Below are positions 49,963 through 61,073 of a DNA stretch of 64,000 bases, piece by piece; the stretch's first letter is position 1, and each line of letters opens with the position of its first letter. This DNA is from Desulfatiglandales bacterium. GTDB taxonomy: Bacteria > Desulfobacterota > DSM-4660 > Desulfatiglandales > HGW-15. The DNA is taken from positions 160,001 to 224,000 of the forward strand of contig CAXXJJ010000001.1 in NCBI GenBank assembly GCA_963667015.2, given 5' to 3'. Under the pieces are notes generated by a model. The model worked only from the letters and a program-made list of their open reading frames with translations. It did not search any database and was not told the DNA's origin. Position numbers and translations under genes: made by a program.

Positions 49963-50095
49963 TGTGTCCCCTGTTATGAGGAAAAAATATTATATATTCA
50001 ATTAAAGAGAATCTGAGAAATATATAAATCCATAAAACCCGGAAGTAGTTTAATGAAATGTATGTAAGTATTCAAGGCAATATAATAAATATTTA

Positions 50096-50881
50096 TCAGC
50101 TGTTGAGATCGATCTTATCAAAACCAGGCCGAATAAATTTCCGTGCATCTGGGAATGTTTTTTCTGCTTTTCTTCTGAGTTCATCAAGATGAACCAGTAT
50201 GTTTTTGATACTATTGGCATGGAAACCCGGTAACAGCCTATAGAGACTTCCCCAGGCGGCAATGGAACGATCAATGCCAATCAACGCAACCTTGGCTGAA
50301 CCATCAGAATCACTTGCATAATGATTATCCTCATCAAGGTTCGAATCTTCTATTAAACCGGATACAGCCCTCATAAGTTTTACATATATCTGATGCTGAT
50401 ACCATAGTATAACATCAATTAAATCATTATTTGATTCTGTTTCAATATTACCTTCATATAAGCTAGACACTTCATCTCTCGAAGGACCAAACAAATCTTC
50501 AGCCCCATCAACCCAGTCACCTGCCATATCAGCATATTCCCTGGCCATCATGCAAACCACATGATTATCAGCAGCCTCACCAAGAGCCTGTTCTGACAGA
50601 TATTCATCATTATTATCAATCTGTTCAGGATCAACTCCTGCCGAAATCATCATGTCATTAAGCATTTCAAGAGTGGTCTGAAAAATTTCAGACATTTTTT
50701 TCCAGTAGGCTTCATTATTGATATCCCGTGTTTCTGGATCAGAGAATTCCTCTTCTCCTATATGATAGTTAAGGCATCTTGAAGTCTGGGGGCACCGCTC
50801 ACACCACCTGTCACAGTAGTTATAAATACTGCTTATAAATTTTTCATCCTGGGCCAGATTTTTTAGTTTTTCTTTATCCAA
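50096..50881 (-). CDS. Conserved hypothetical protein
   Basis: 261-aa ORF with YNYCDRWCERC and FPDARKFIRPGFD. Confidence 0.7.
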   Translation of the reverse strand: MDKEKLKNLAQDEKFISSIYNYCDRWCERCPQTSRCLNYHIGEEEFSDPETRDINNEAYWKKMSEIFQTTLEMLNDMMISAGVDPEQIDNNDEYLSEQALGEAADNHVVCMMAREYADMAGDWVDGAEDLFGPSRDEVSSLYEGNIETESNNDLIDVILWYQHQIYVKLMRAVSGLIEDSNLDEDNHYASDSDGSAKVALIGIDRSIAAWGSLYRLLPGFHANSIKNILVHLDELRRKAEKTFPDARKFIRPGFDKIDLNS

Positions 50882-50883
50882 CG

Positions 50884-51423
50884 CTAATACCTGCCCCTTC
50901 TATGCTTTTTAGGCCATGAAAATCTTTCCTTCAGCATTTCATAAACATTAAACACAATAGGGCATATTTCATAATTTCCTACTACCCCCCCAAGCCTGAA
51001 TACAAATTCATCCTTATGCAGGTGGGGGAAGGATCGACATGCTTCGGGCCGGTGCTCATAGCATGTGCAAAGATTGCCCTTAAGAAAGGAGCAGGGTAGA
51101 CTTTTAAAAATCAGGTCATCTGAAAATTCGTCATCATCTTCAACAAGATACTGACTTTCAAATTCTGAAGGGCTTATTTTAAGTCCCTTTGCCATTCTTT
51201 CAATATCGCCATCTTCAAAAGCGGGGGATATTTCACGGCAGCAGTTACCGCATTCCCTGCAGTCAATCTCCTGTATTACCTGCTCATAAAAGTCATGAAC
51301 AATCTCATCCAGTTCCTCCATATCCATTGGATATCCCTTGAGGAAAATACGAAATTCCCAATTCTCATCTTCCCCTTTTTCTGCCAGTTCTTTTATTTTG
51401 TTTAAATCAGTAATAATCTTCAT
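50884..51423 (-). CDS. YkgJ family cysteine-cluster (CxxCxxCC) protein
   Basis: CRECGNCC, PCSFL...CTCYEHRPEACRSFP. Confidence 0.85.
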   Translation of the reverse strand: MKIITDLNKIKELAEKGEDENWEFRIFLKGYPMDMEELDEIVHDFYEQVIQEIDCRECGNCCREISPAFEDGDIERMAKGLKISPSEFESQYLVEDDDEFSDDLIFKSLPCSFLKGNLCTCYEHRPEACRSFPHLHKDEFVFRLGGVVGNYEICPIVFNVYEMLKERFSWPKKHRRGRY

Positions 51424-51503
51424 CTATATAGTTCTCTATTTATTGGTATATCTTGAACGATGTTATTCAGGTAATTATTGAATAATGTCGCTTTAAATAT
51501 GCT

Positions 51504-52481
51504 TTAAAAGTGTACACACCTGTTTAAAATACTAATGATCAGGTTTTTGACAGTCTCCATCTCATCCGGTTTACTGACCGCAACAAACAATGTCAGGCTT
51601 GCAAGTGCCTCATTGCTGATTGCCAGGCTCTCTTTATCAGGATTAAGACGGTTGTTCCTTTCCAGAAACAGCAGAAAACATGTTGCTGCAATTCGTTTGT
51701 TGCCATCAATAAAGGCATGGTTTTTTACAATCATGTAAAGAAGTGTAGCGGCCTTTTCTTCAAAGGAGGGGTACAGTTCTTTTTTGCCAAATGACTGACG
51801 AATCTGATCAATGGCGCTTTTAAAACCGCCACCCCGCTCCTGACCAAAAATATTGGAGTTAAAGTCAGCCCGCATTTCACTGACCATTGCCATGTATTCA
51901 TCATAAGCAGGATAAATTACAGGCTTTTTTTAATTACCCTTCCTGTCCAAAGTTTCGTGGTCATAATCATCGAGGAGCCTGAGTCCTTCCGAATAGAGCT
52001 TAAGCCACTTAAAATCGGAACTTTCAATCTTATCTTCAACTGCGCGGCTCAAGATACGTATCCCGTCTTTAAGGTGCCTTATCTCCTGCTGTTTCTGCTC
52101 AAGCCGCTTTTCGTTGATTGCGTATCCCTGCACAAGATAATCTTTAAGTCGTTTTGTGGCCCATTGGCGGAACTGTGTACCCCTTTTTGATTTTACCCTA
52201 TAACCGAGAGAGATGATTACATCGAGATTATAGAATTGTATATTCCTGCTAATGTCTCTGTTGCCTTCTTCTTGAACTGTTGCAAATTTTGCAACTGTTG
52301 ACACTTTTTGAAGTTCCTTTTCTTTATATATATTACCAATATGCCTGGATATTACTGATTTATCCCGCTGGAAAAGTTCTGACATCTGATTCAGAGAAAG
52401 CCATACAGTTTCTTTTTCAAACCGCACTTCAACGGCAGTTTCTTTATCCTTTGTTGTATATATCTCAATCTGGTTTTTCAT
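51504..52481 (-). pseudogene. RhuM/Fic-Doc family protein split by an in-frame TAA
   Basis: RhuM part (ETVWLS, YNLDVIISLGYRVKSKRGTQFRQWA) and Fic part (HAFIDGNKR) are in the same frame, separated by TAA at 51930-51932. Confidence 0.8.
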
Positions 52482-52867
52482 CTGCTTTTAACGGATTACT
52501 CCACGCCTGCACTGACAATTATATTGTGGGTTATAATCTCTTCCGGCTTTCTTGCTTCATCATTGAGGCTATTCAAATTCTGTTTGTTCATAAATTTATT
52601 TAAAATATCGGTGAGTTATTTCTTAATGGAATAGTTTTTTGTAACAGAAAAACGGTAGTCAGGCAATTGTTTTGTCGGAAATGAAATAATCCCAGTCCTG
52701 ATACCCTGTAGCCTGTATTTTGGCTAAAAATGGTACTTATAATTATTATAAAAATATATGTCCTGACTTATGTGTCCAGTTGTAAAAGTTGACCTCTATA
52801 CCTTGACCTCATTATATAACTCACATATATTCCCCCCTTTAGATTTTTATTATGATTGGAAAGAGTT

Positions 52868-53626
52868 ATGAAAAAAGTATCAGTAATTGCCACATTTGTT
52901 TTAATCCTGTTTACATCGATCAGTGCCCTTGCAGACCTGTATGATTTTGAAGGTACATGGCGAAACAATAATCCGAAAACCGAGGGCATCAGCTCTCTTA
53001 AGATTGAGCTCAATGTTTACACACCTGCAATTGAGGCATCGGCGCAATGCTGCCTGCCTGAGCAGCATAAATGGGGCACGGTTGATGCCATGGTCTATGG
53101 GCCGAAAGGGGCTGAAAACCTCTGGGAATCTGCGGACACGCTGTCTGCACTATTCAGGACAAAACACGGCCAGCACGTGGTGATAATCAGGATGCCGGAG
53201 ATTAATACCCTCCAGGTGGAAGTCCTGACACATTACACGGATAAGAGTAAAAAAACCGATTTCAGAGAGGTGCACAGGTTTCAGCGTATAATGGAGCGGC
53301 AGCCTGCAGGCGCACCCAAACTCATTTCTCCTGCAAACCATACGGCCTTTTTCCATTATCCCCGCAAAACCACCCTGCGATGGGATAAAAAATATAATGC
53401 CGCCGGATACATTGTGGAAATTGACTGCTTTGAGTGCTGCAAAGCAGGCAAATGGTGCTCGGAAACAGGTTCTCCCTGGAAGACAGTCACCCTGGACAAA
53501 GATTCAACCAGCTTCACCTTTAATTTTCCGGGCGCCCAGGAGGGCAGGTGGAGGGTGAAAACAATAGATGAAAGGGGTGAATCTGGGCCGGAAAGCCGCT
53601 GGTGGGATTTCAGGTATGCCCGGTAA
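52868..53626 (+). CDS. Secreted hypothetical protein (C-terminal fibronectin-III-like domain)
   Basis: Signal peptide MKKVSV...SALA; APKLISP...LRW...YIVEID...WRVK pattern. Confidence 0.65.
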   Translation: MKKVSVIATFVLILFTSISALADLYDFEGTWRNNNPKTEGISSLKIELNVYTPAIEASAQCCLPEQHKWGTVDAMVYGPKGAENLWESADTLSALFRTKHGQHVVIIRMPEINTLQVEVLTHYTDKSKKTDFREVHRFQRIMERQPAGAPKLISPANHTAFFHYPRKTTLRWDKKYNAAGYIVEIDCFECCKAGKWCSETGSPWKTVTLDKDSTSFTFNFPGAQEGRWRVKTIDERGESGPESRWWDFRYAR

Positions 53627-54041
53627 AACGCATTTACAGGCATTCAGAAATCTATTGATACTGATTTTTCTCCCAGGTCTTATGCTCCTCCAGGGATGTG
53701 CCGATTCCCATATTCTTCATCACAGGGAAGATGTAAGCAGAAATTGGATCTATATAGATTTTTCCACAAACCAGCACCCGTATGAGACAGAATCGGCAAT
53801 TGGCGGGGAACACATGACTTTTTATAAGGTCCTTGGTTTTGAGAATGATGAATTTATCGTGACGGTTAAAAATCTCGAAGGACGTGTGGATTGGGGGATA
53901 ACTGGTGATGGGATTCGTATCGAATCTCTTCCTGACGCTGAAAAAAAGAGGGTTTTTGTTGATGCCTCGGAAGCAATTTTTACTTTAGATTTCTCAGCTC
54001 ATCCCTTTGGGAGATATAAACTACGGGTAGAGAAAAAATAG
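53616..54041 (+). CDS. Putative lipoprotein
   Basis: Hydrophobic stretch ending in lipobox-like LLQGC; overlaps the upstream stop. Confidence 0.55.
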   Translation: MPGKTHLQAFRNLLILIFLPGLMLLQGCADSHILHHREDVSRNWIYIDFSTNQHPYETESAIGGEHMTFYKVLGFENDEFIVTVKNLEGRVDWGITGDGIRIESLPDAEKKRVFVDASEAIFTLDFSAHPFGRYKLRVEKK

Positions 54042-54270
54042 GGGTATTACTATGGAAAACACAATCAGGCAGAATGATATAATTGGAAAACTTCCGGAAA
54101 TACAGGAGCTGATCCAGGATATGGCCGCTGAACTGAGGTTCAGGGGGTGCGATGAAAATCACAAACTGATAAAGCAGGCCTATATTGTTAATGGATGGCT
54201 GCATAAGGCTGGAGACAACAAATAGCACGGCCCTGACGACATATTAGATCAATAATCAAATACAGTTTAT

Positions 54271-55656
54271 TTAAACCTGTTTATCCTTCCATTTTCCCAT
54301 TGAAAATAAAATAACATATCCGCATGTAAGCATCACAAAACTCAGGGCCATAGCCCATCTGACACCAAGTACCTCCAGGCCCCACAATTTTGGAAATATT
54401 ATTGCCATTGGCAGAAGCAGGCACCATGTGGTTCCGACCTCAAATGTCATTGGAACGGTTGTGTCTCCGACACCCGTAAAAAAATTAAGGAACACAGGCT
54501 CAAGGCCGCACATGAGATATCCCACTACTCCGATCCTTAAAAACACGGTCGTAACCTTTATAAGTTCAGGATCCTTTGTAAATATTGAGATTACAGCTTC
54601 AGGGAAGATAAAGACAAGAGTACAGACTGTAATTACAAATGATTCGGCTATTCCAATTGCATATAATCCGCTCTTTCGAGCCCTTTCAGGCTGTCCCGCC
54701 CCCAGGTTCTGCCCTGCAAGTACTCCTGCGGCTGAACCCATTCCTACCCCTGCCATAAAGAAAATCATCTCAACCCTCTGGAGAACGGTATGTGCTGCAA
54801 CTGCCAGTGTGCCGTAGTTGACTATTATTTTCATTACAATCAGGTTGCTCAGATTTTTCTGTGCCATCATCACAACACCGGGAACCCCTATTTTTACAAT
54901 TCGCCACATAAGGGACGGATCAATACGCATTCCCCTGAGATGCAGATGAAGCTGGGTTTTTCCGGTGAAAAGGACATACAGATTCGCCATGAGCCCGATC
55001 ATCAGGGCCACAACGTTTGCAAGTGCTGCACCAACCACACCAAATCCGGGCACGAAGAGCCATCCGAAAATAAAGATTGGGCTGAGTGAGACATGAAATA
55101 CCTTGCTTATTATGCCTACCATCATAGGCCTGATTGTGTCTCCTGAAGACTGCATTATGTTTTCACATATCATTCCAAGGCTCATAATGACGGCACCGCA
55201 GAAATTTACCTTAAGATAGGCACTGCCGAGCCTGAGTACCTCCGGCTCCACACCCATAAGGAGAAGTATGGTATCGGATGATAAAACCCCTATGGTCGCG
55301 ATAAATACAGACACGGCCATGGCGATTATAAAGGCCTGTCTCGCCACCCTAACAGCATCGTCCGGTTGTTTCATGCCTATAAACCGGGCTATCAGAGCCC
55401 TTGCTCCGATACCAATACCCATCATGGCCGTCATGACGAACATTACAACCATTCCGGATACGCCAACCGCTGCAATAGCATCAGGACCCAGCCTTCCCAC
55501 CCATATCATATCAATGGTCGGTCCTATCATTGCCATGGTATTGCTTATTATCATTGGCCATGAAAGAAGCAGCAGGTTTTTAAAAATATTCCCGCTGGTC
55601 CAGTCTTTTACCGGTCTATTCCTTGCACCAGCCGGCCCTGATTCAGGTTTTTGCAT
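54271..55656 (-). CDS. MATE family efflux transporter
   Basis: Multiple TM helices; DMIWVGRLG, GDTIRPM, GVVGAALA, GQNLGAG. Confidence 0.9.
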   Translation of the reverse strand: MQKPESGPAGARNRPVKDWTSGNIFKNLLLLSWPMIISNTMAMIGPTIDMIWVGRLGPDAIAAVGVSGMVVMFVMTAMMGIGIGARALIARFIGMKQPDDAVRVARQAFIIAMAVSVFIATIGVLSSDTILLLMGVEPEVLRLGSAYLKVNFCGAVIMSLGMICENIMQSSGDTIRPMMVGIISKVFHVSLSPIFIFGWLFVPGFGVVGAALANVVALMIGLMANLYVLFTGKTQLHLHLRGMRIDPSLMWRIVKIGVPGVVMMAQKNLSNLIVMKIIVNYGTLAVAAHTVLQRVEMIFFMAGVGMGSAAGVLAGQNLGAGQPERARKSGLYAIGIAESFVITVCTLVFIFPEAVISIFTKDPELIKVTTVFLRIGVVGYLMCGLEPVFLNFFTGVGDTTVPMTFEVGTTWCLLLPMAIIFPKLWGLEVLGVRWAMALSFVMLTCGYVILFSMGKWKDKQV

Positions 55657-55796
55657 ATATTTTCCTTTTATCTTTCATTTATACCTGTTCGGCTAAATGC
55701 AGATGATACTAAACTTTTAATTTTTTTTAGCTAAAACCAAATTAAAGACGAACCGGGCTTTTCCGGGGTATTGTACCGGTAATACCTGAACTGACT

Positions 55797-57875
55797 TTAT
55801 CCAATTAACTCTATCATTTTTTCAGGGCTCACAACAGGGGCAGAACATGAGTTGTTGCGGCAGACATATGCAGTTGCCTTTGATTCTATACATTTATAGT
55901 CTTTAAGATATTCTGCGATCAGATCAATCTCGGGATTTTTCTCCGACGGCCTGAAAACAGTTACCTGTTCTGGGTTAAACTTTTTGTTAAGAGCCTTTAT
56001 CATTTCAGCCGTATCATCGTTGTCCCTGATACCTGTAATAACTATTTCACAGGACAGGCCCTCAATAAATTCCAATGCGCACATCAGAAAGGTATGAGCA
56101 GAAGGCATCTTTTTTACTGCTTCTGAAAAGGCCGCGGCAGTATCCTCTGCATATTTCTCAAGATCCGATCGTCCTGTGATCCGCGCAAGCCTTATAAGGT
56201 TGAGCATTGCAGTGGAATTGGCAGAGGGAACTGCCCCGTCATAGACCTCCCTTTTTCTTATCAGCAGGGCTTCACCGTCATCCGGTGTAAAAAAGAACCC
56301 GCCCCTGCCGCTGTCATGAAACCTTTTAATAAAAAGATCGGTCAATTCCACTGCATGTTTCAGATATTTGACCTCAAAGGTTGCTTCGTACAGTTCTATC
56401 AGCCCCCATATGAAAAAGGCATAGTCATCGGCATTGCTATCGATTGCTGCCTCTTTTTCCCTGTACCTGTGAAGCAGTCTTCCATTATTTCCTCTCATTT
56501 TTTCGAGGATGAAATCCGCGGCTTTTTTTGCTGCCTCAGAATATTTTATATTATCAAAGGCCCTTGAGCCAAGGGCAAGGGCTGCGATCATGAGACCGTT
56601 CCAGTCAGTAAGAATCTTGTCATCCTTGTAGGGGTGAATTCTTTTTTCCCGTTCTCTGAATAACATGTCCCTGGCAGATAAAATCATATCTTCCAGTTCC
56701 CGTAGAGGTATATTCCTGTCTTTTGCAGTCTCTGCCGGAGATCTTGAAAGGTGCAGAATATTGTCTCCGGTATTTTTACCGGTAGCCTCTTCCTTGAAAT
56801 TTCCTTCTTTTTTAATATTGAAGAGATCAACCAGTTGATCGGCTCCATCTCCCAGAATTTCTCTTATCTCTTCTTCCTTCCACACATAGAACTTTCCCTC
56901 TTCTCCTTCACTGTCCGCGTCTTCGGCAGAATAGAATCCTCCTTCAGGAGAAGTCATGTCCCGCAGGACATAGGTAAAAATCTCCTCTACTGTTGATGCA
57001 TACTCCTTTTTACCGGTTGCAAGGTATGTCTCAATATAGGCTATGGCAAGCATAGCCTGGTCATACAGCATCTTTTCAAAATGGGGCAAAAGCCATTCCC
57101 TGTCCGTTGAGTAACGGTGGAATCCGTAACCTATATGATCATAGATGCCTCCCTGTCTCATCATGGACAGGGTTTTTTCAACCATATCGAGCGCCTTTTC
57201 ATAACCCGTTCTTTTCCAGTATCGCAGTAAAAACAAAAAATTATGGGGGCTGGGAAACTTGGGCGCACTGCCGAACCCTCCCAGATCTTCATCATATCTG
57301 CTCTCAAGTTCATCAAATGCCTTATCCAGTATTGATTTATCCATCCTGTGGCCCGGGGTCAGATTATCAACATCTTTAAGGACAGCCTGAATTTTTTTTG
57401 CAGATTCCAGCACTTCGCTGTTTCTGTTTTCCCATATATCCTTAATCCTCGGAATAAGGTCCATCATGCCGACTCTTCCAAAACGGGTGTTTTTAGGGAT
57501 ATATGTGCCGGCGAAAAACGGAATCCTGTCAGGTGTCATAATTATGGTAAGAGGCCATCCCCCGCTCTGAGTAAGCATCTGACATACTGTCATGTATACA
57601 TTATCGAGATCAGGGCGTTCCTCCCGGTCAACCTTTATGGCTATCATCTCATTATTCATTAACTCGGCAACTTCAGTATCTTCAAAGGATTCCCTTTCCA
57701 TCACGTGACACCAGTGGCATGTTGAGTATCCGATTGACAGGAATATGGGTCTGTTCAGCTCTGCCGCCTTCTCAAAGGCCTCATCAGACCAGGGATACCA
57801 GTCAACAGGATTATGTGCATGCTGAAGGAGGTAGGGGCTTTTTTCTTTGATCAGCCTGTTTGCTTTTTTTTCCAT
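55797..57875 (-). CDS. Thioredoxin-domain YyaL/DUF255 family protein
   Basis: [46 protein letters not shown]. Confidence 0.9.
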   Translation of the reverse strand: MEKKANRLIKEKSPYLLQHAHNPVDWYPWSDEAFEKAAELNRPIFLSIGYSTCHWCHVMERESFEDTEVAELMNNEMIAIKVDREERPDLDNVYMTVCQMLTQSGGWPLTIIMTPDRIPFFAGTYIPKNTRFGRVGMMDLIPRIKDIWENRNSEVLESAKKIQAVLKDVDNLTPGHRMDKSILDKAFDELESRYDEDLGGFGSAPKFPSPHNFLFLLRYWKRTGYEKALDMVEKTLSMMRQGGIYDHIGYGFHRYSTDREWLLPHFEKMLYDQAMLAIAYIETYLATGKKEYASTVEEIFTYVLRDMTSPEGGFYSAEDADSEGEEGKFYVWKEEEIREILGDGADQLVDLFNIKKEGNFKEEATGKNTGDNILHLSRSPAETAKDRNIPLRELEDMILSARDMLFREREKRIHPYKDDKILTDWNGLMIAALALGSRAFDNIKYSEAAKKAADFILEKMRGNNGRLLHRYREKEAAIDSNADDYAFFIWGLIELYEATFEVKYLKHAVELTDLFIKRFHDSGRGGFFFTPDDGEALLIRKREVYDGAVPSANSTAMLNLIRLARITGRSDLEKYAEDTAAAFSEAVKKMPSAHTFLMCALEFIEGLSCEIVITGIRDNDDTAEMIKALNKKFNPEQVTVFRPSEKNPEIDLIAEYLKDYKCIESKATAYVCRNNSCSAPVVSPEKMIELIG

Positions 57876-57964
57876 GATTTATCTCAGTCAATTGTTATTA
57901 TCTGTCAGCGGTATTTTAAAAACTATAAGCACTGAGAATGGTTAGGCAACCTGAGGGGCAGGGT

Positions 57965-58687
57965 TTATTCTATTGGAGCAGTCGGAATCTTCAGGGTTAC
58001 CGTTGTTCCCGAACCCGTCTCACTTTCTATATGGATTGTCCCTTTATGCTTTTCAAGGACTTCTCTTGCAACCGTGAGGCCTAAGCCCACGCCAAAACGC
58101 TTTGTACTGAATAAAGGTTCAAAGATCCTTGGAAGTATGTCATCAGGGATTCCATTTCCGGTATCAGATATGCTGATTGTTATTGATTCTTCTTCCATTG
58201 AGGAGCGGATAGTCAGTTTGTTTTCTTTCGAATTACCTTCGTTCATTGCCTGCAATGCATTTTTTATAATAAAGGAAAAGGCACGCCTGAGGTTGTCCGG
58301 GTCAATTGATACCGCGTGATTGCAATTCAAATCATATACACATTCTATTGAGGGCGGCATGTTCTGTTCTTCAAGAAAGCCCCTGATCCACGCATCTATA
58401 ATTACCGGTATTGTATTGATTTCCACATCCTGAGTAATGTCTATAAATTCAGCAAGAATATTGTCACACCTTGTAATATTGCGTTCGGCAAGCCTGATAG
58501 CTCTTTCTATCCTTTCCGGCTGATTTTTCTTTATGGCTGTTTTTATTGAAAAGATAGATGTGTTAATAGTGCCGAGCGGATTCCTGATATCATGTGCAAT
58601 GCTTGCTGTAAGCCTTCCCAGAATCGTCAGCTTTTCCTTTAATGATGGATCTTTTGCCAGCTGAGTATCCTTTTTATCTGGCATCAA
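57965..58687 (-). CDS. Stand-alone histidine kinase (no sensor domain)
   Basis: AHDIRNPL, NALQAM, DTGNGI, FEPLFSTK, GVGLGL. Confidence 0.85.
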   Translation of the reverse strand: MMPDKKDTQLAKDPSLKEKLTILGRLTASIAHDIRNPLGTINTSIFSIKTAIKKNQPERIERAIRLAERNITRCDNILAEFIDITQDVEINTIPVIIDAWIRGFLEEQNMPPSIECVYDLNCNHAVSIDPDNLRRAFSFIIKNALQAMNEGNSKENKLTIRSSMEEESITISISDTGNGIPDDILPRIFEPLFSTKRFGVGLGLTVAREVLEKHKGTIHIESETGSGTTVTLKIPTAPIE

Positions 58688-60677
58688 TAACCTCTCTTAT
58701 CTCTCTTAACATGTTTTTAACATTATAGGGCTTCTGGATAAAACCCTTTGCACCCGAATCCATGGCTGATTTTGCATCGCCGTCAGGAGAATAACCGCTT
58801 GCTATGACAACCTTTACATCAGTATCCCTTTTCAGGAATTCATCAAGACATTTCTTTCCTCCCATGCCGGGCATAATCAGGTCAAGTATGACAAGTGATA
58901 TTTTTTCATTACCATTAAAATACATCTCAAGCGCGGTCTCTCCGTCAGAAGCGGTGATGACATTATACCCGAATTTGGATAATATCTGCACCCCGAGATC
59001 CCTGACAAATACCTCATCATCAACAATAAGGATGGTTTCGGTCCCGCCTGTCGGCATATCACCTTCTTTTTTTTCGGAAGCCTCAGGTAAAACCTGTTTA
59101 ATTGCAGGAAGATAGATCTGAAAGGTTGTCCCTACACCGCTCTGGCTTTTACATACGATATGGCCGTTGTGTTTACTGACAAGACCATAGACCATGGACA
59201 ATCCGAGACCTGTTCCCTTTCCCAATTCCTTTGTTGTAAAAAAGGGTTCAAAAATCCTTTCCGATTCTTCAGGTGTCATGCCTTTGCCATTGTCTGTCAT
59301 AGAAAGGACTACATAATTGCCTGGAGCCAGTCCGGGCATATTTTTACAATCATTCTCATTAAGGACAGTATTTTCGGTCCTGATTATTATCTTTCCCTCC
59401 TCTCCTATCGCATCCCTCGCGTTTACAGCCAGGTTCATCATTATCTGCTCAATCTGTGAGGGATCTGCATTGACGATCTGCAGATTTTTATCCAGTTCCA
59501 GTTCTAAAACGATCATCTTTGGAATTGTTCTTTCGAGAAGGTTCTTGACGTCTCTGACCTCATTATTCAGGTCCACAGGTTTCATTTTGCTTTCAACCTT
59601 CCGGCTGAAGGCAAGTAGCTGCTGTGTCAGTTCACTCGCTCTTTTTGCTGCCCTTTCTATGCTTGTGAGCTTTGTATAATCCGGACTCTCTTCAGTCATA
59701 TCCATAAGGAGGATCTGCGTGTAGCCGAGAATAGCCTGAAGAGAATTATTGAAGTCATGGGATATGCCCCCTGCAAGGGTTCCTATACTCTCCATTTTCT
59801 GGGCCTGCTGAAGATGCTGTTCCATATTTCTTTTTTCTTCTTCAGCTATTTTTCTTTCTGTTATATCCGTTACTACAGCAAAGCATCCTTTAGGCTGCCC
59901 CTGGGGGTCAACTATAGATTGCGGGGAAACAATAGTAGGAAGCTCTGCTCCATCCTTTTTAATCCATGTAAGTTCATAGGGCGAAATATCGCCTATGCTG
60001 CAATTTTCTGCAAACCATGAATAGATTCTTAAGTTTTCACCATCAAGAAAATCCGAAGCCTTTTTACCCAGCAGCTCATCCTCATCATATCCTGTCATTT
60101 TCATGAATTTATGGTTTACATATGTAATGGTTCCCTCAGGATTTTCCATGATAAGACCATCGTTCATTGTTTCAACAAGCAGGCGGTAACGTTCTTCACT
60201 CTCCTTAAGCCTTGTATTTATTTCCTCAAGTTCGATGTTCCTTTTGCTCAGGGCCTCCTGCGCATCAAGCTTTTCTTTTTCGAGCTGAAGTTTTTCAAAG
60301 CATCGTTCAAGGGTTTTAAGAAGCTGAGGAGGATTAAGGGGTTTTCTTAGATAATCATAGGCCCCTTCCTGAAATGCCTCTATGGCAGAATCGGCCTCTG
60401 CAAAGGCAGTCATAATAACAGGAACAATATTGGGACAGGTTTCTTTGAATTTTGTGATAAGGTTAAGCCCGTTTTCATGGCCAAGCCTCACATCCAGAAG
60501 GACAACGTCTGCATAAAAAGATTCTATTTTCTCTACAGCCTCATTCTCATTGTGGGCCATCCCGACATCATATCCATATGTCTCAAGAATATCTGTCAGG
60601 CTTAGAACAAAATCTCTTTCATCGTCGACAATCAGGATTTTCCTTATGTCACTTGAAACACTATTCATAATATTCAC
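58674..60677 (-). CDS. Hybrid sensor kinase (REC-PAS-HisKA-HATPase-REC)
   Basis: ILIVDDE, PAS domain, SHDFNN, NARDA, GTGLGL, C-terminal receiver. Confidence 0.9.
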   Translation of the reverse strand: MNIMNSVSSDIRKILIVDDERDFVLSLTDILETYGYDVGMAHNENEAVEKIESFYADVVLLDVRLGHENGLNLITKFKETCPNIVPVIMTAFAEADSAIEAFQEGAYDYLRKPLNPPQLLKTLERCFEKLQLEKEKLDAQEALSKRNIELEEINTRLKESEERYRLLVETMNDGLIMENPEGTITYVNHKFMKMTGYDEDELLGKKASDFLDGENLRIYSWFAENCSIGDISPYELTWIKKDGAELPTIVSPQSIVDPQGQPKGCFAVVTDITERKIAEEEKRNMEQHLQQAQKMESIGTLAGGISHDFNNSLQAILGYTQILLMDMTEESPDYTKLTSIERAAKRASELTQQLLAFSRKVESKMKPVDLNNEVRDVKNLLERTIPKMIVLELELDKNLQIVNADPSQIEQIMMNLAVNARDAIGEEGKIIIRTENTVLNENDCKNMPGLAPGNYVVLSMTDNGKGMTPEESERIFEPFFTTKELGKGTGLGLSMVYGLVSKHNGHIVCKSQSGVGTTFQIYLPAIKQVLPEASEKKEGDMPTGGTETILIVDDEVFVRDLGVQILSKFGYNVITASDGETALEMYFNGNEKISLVILDLIMPGMGGKKCLDEFLKRDTDVKVVIASGYSPDGDAKSAMDSGAKGFIQKPYNVKNMLREIREVIDAR

Positions 60678-61073
60678 TCCGGTAAAAACCGTTTCAGCAA
60701 AACAGGCAGCAGCCGCTATGCCTGTTGGCTCTTAATGGGCCTTTACTGAACTCAAAGGCCTTGATCTTATAACCCATTAATAAACCGACTATTTATCCCT
60801 GTATTATGCTATTCGGTTTTTTTAATTAATAGCTAAAATAATCTTTTCTACAAAAGTGATATTAAGAAAAATAAAGTTAAAAAATAAGAAACAAGTTGCA
60901 AAAACCGGTCGAACTGAAGATGAAAAAATAATACAAATTAATAAAGACTCAGAAGGATCCAGGCTGATAAATTGCCGTTTTTAAGCTGTTACTGACAAAG
61001 TATATGTATAACCGACAGTTATGTCAACAAAAGCAGACTTAAGTAACTTATTTAATATTAAGTATAACAGGGT

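Noticed and set aside
51920..51935. Frameshift or slippage at the A7 run in the RhuM-Fic gene
   Set aside because: The two halves are already in the same frame; the lesion is a stop codon.
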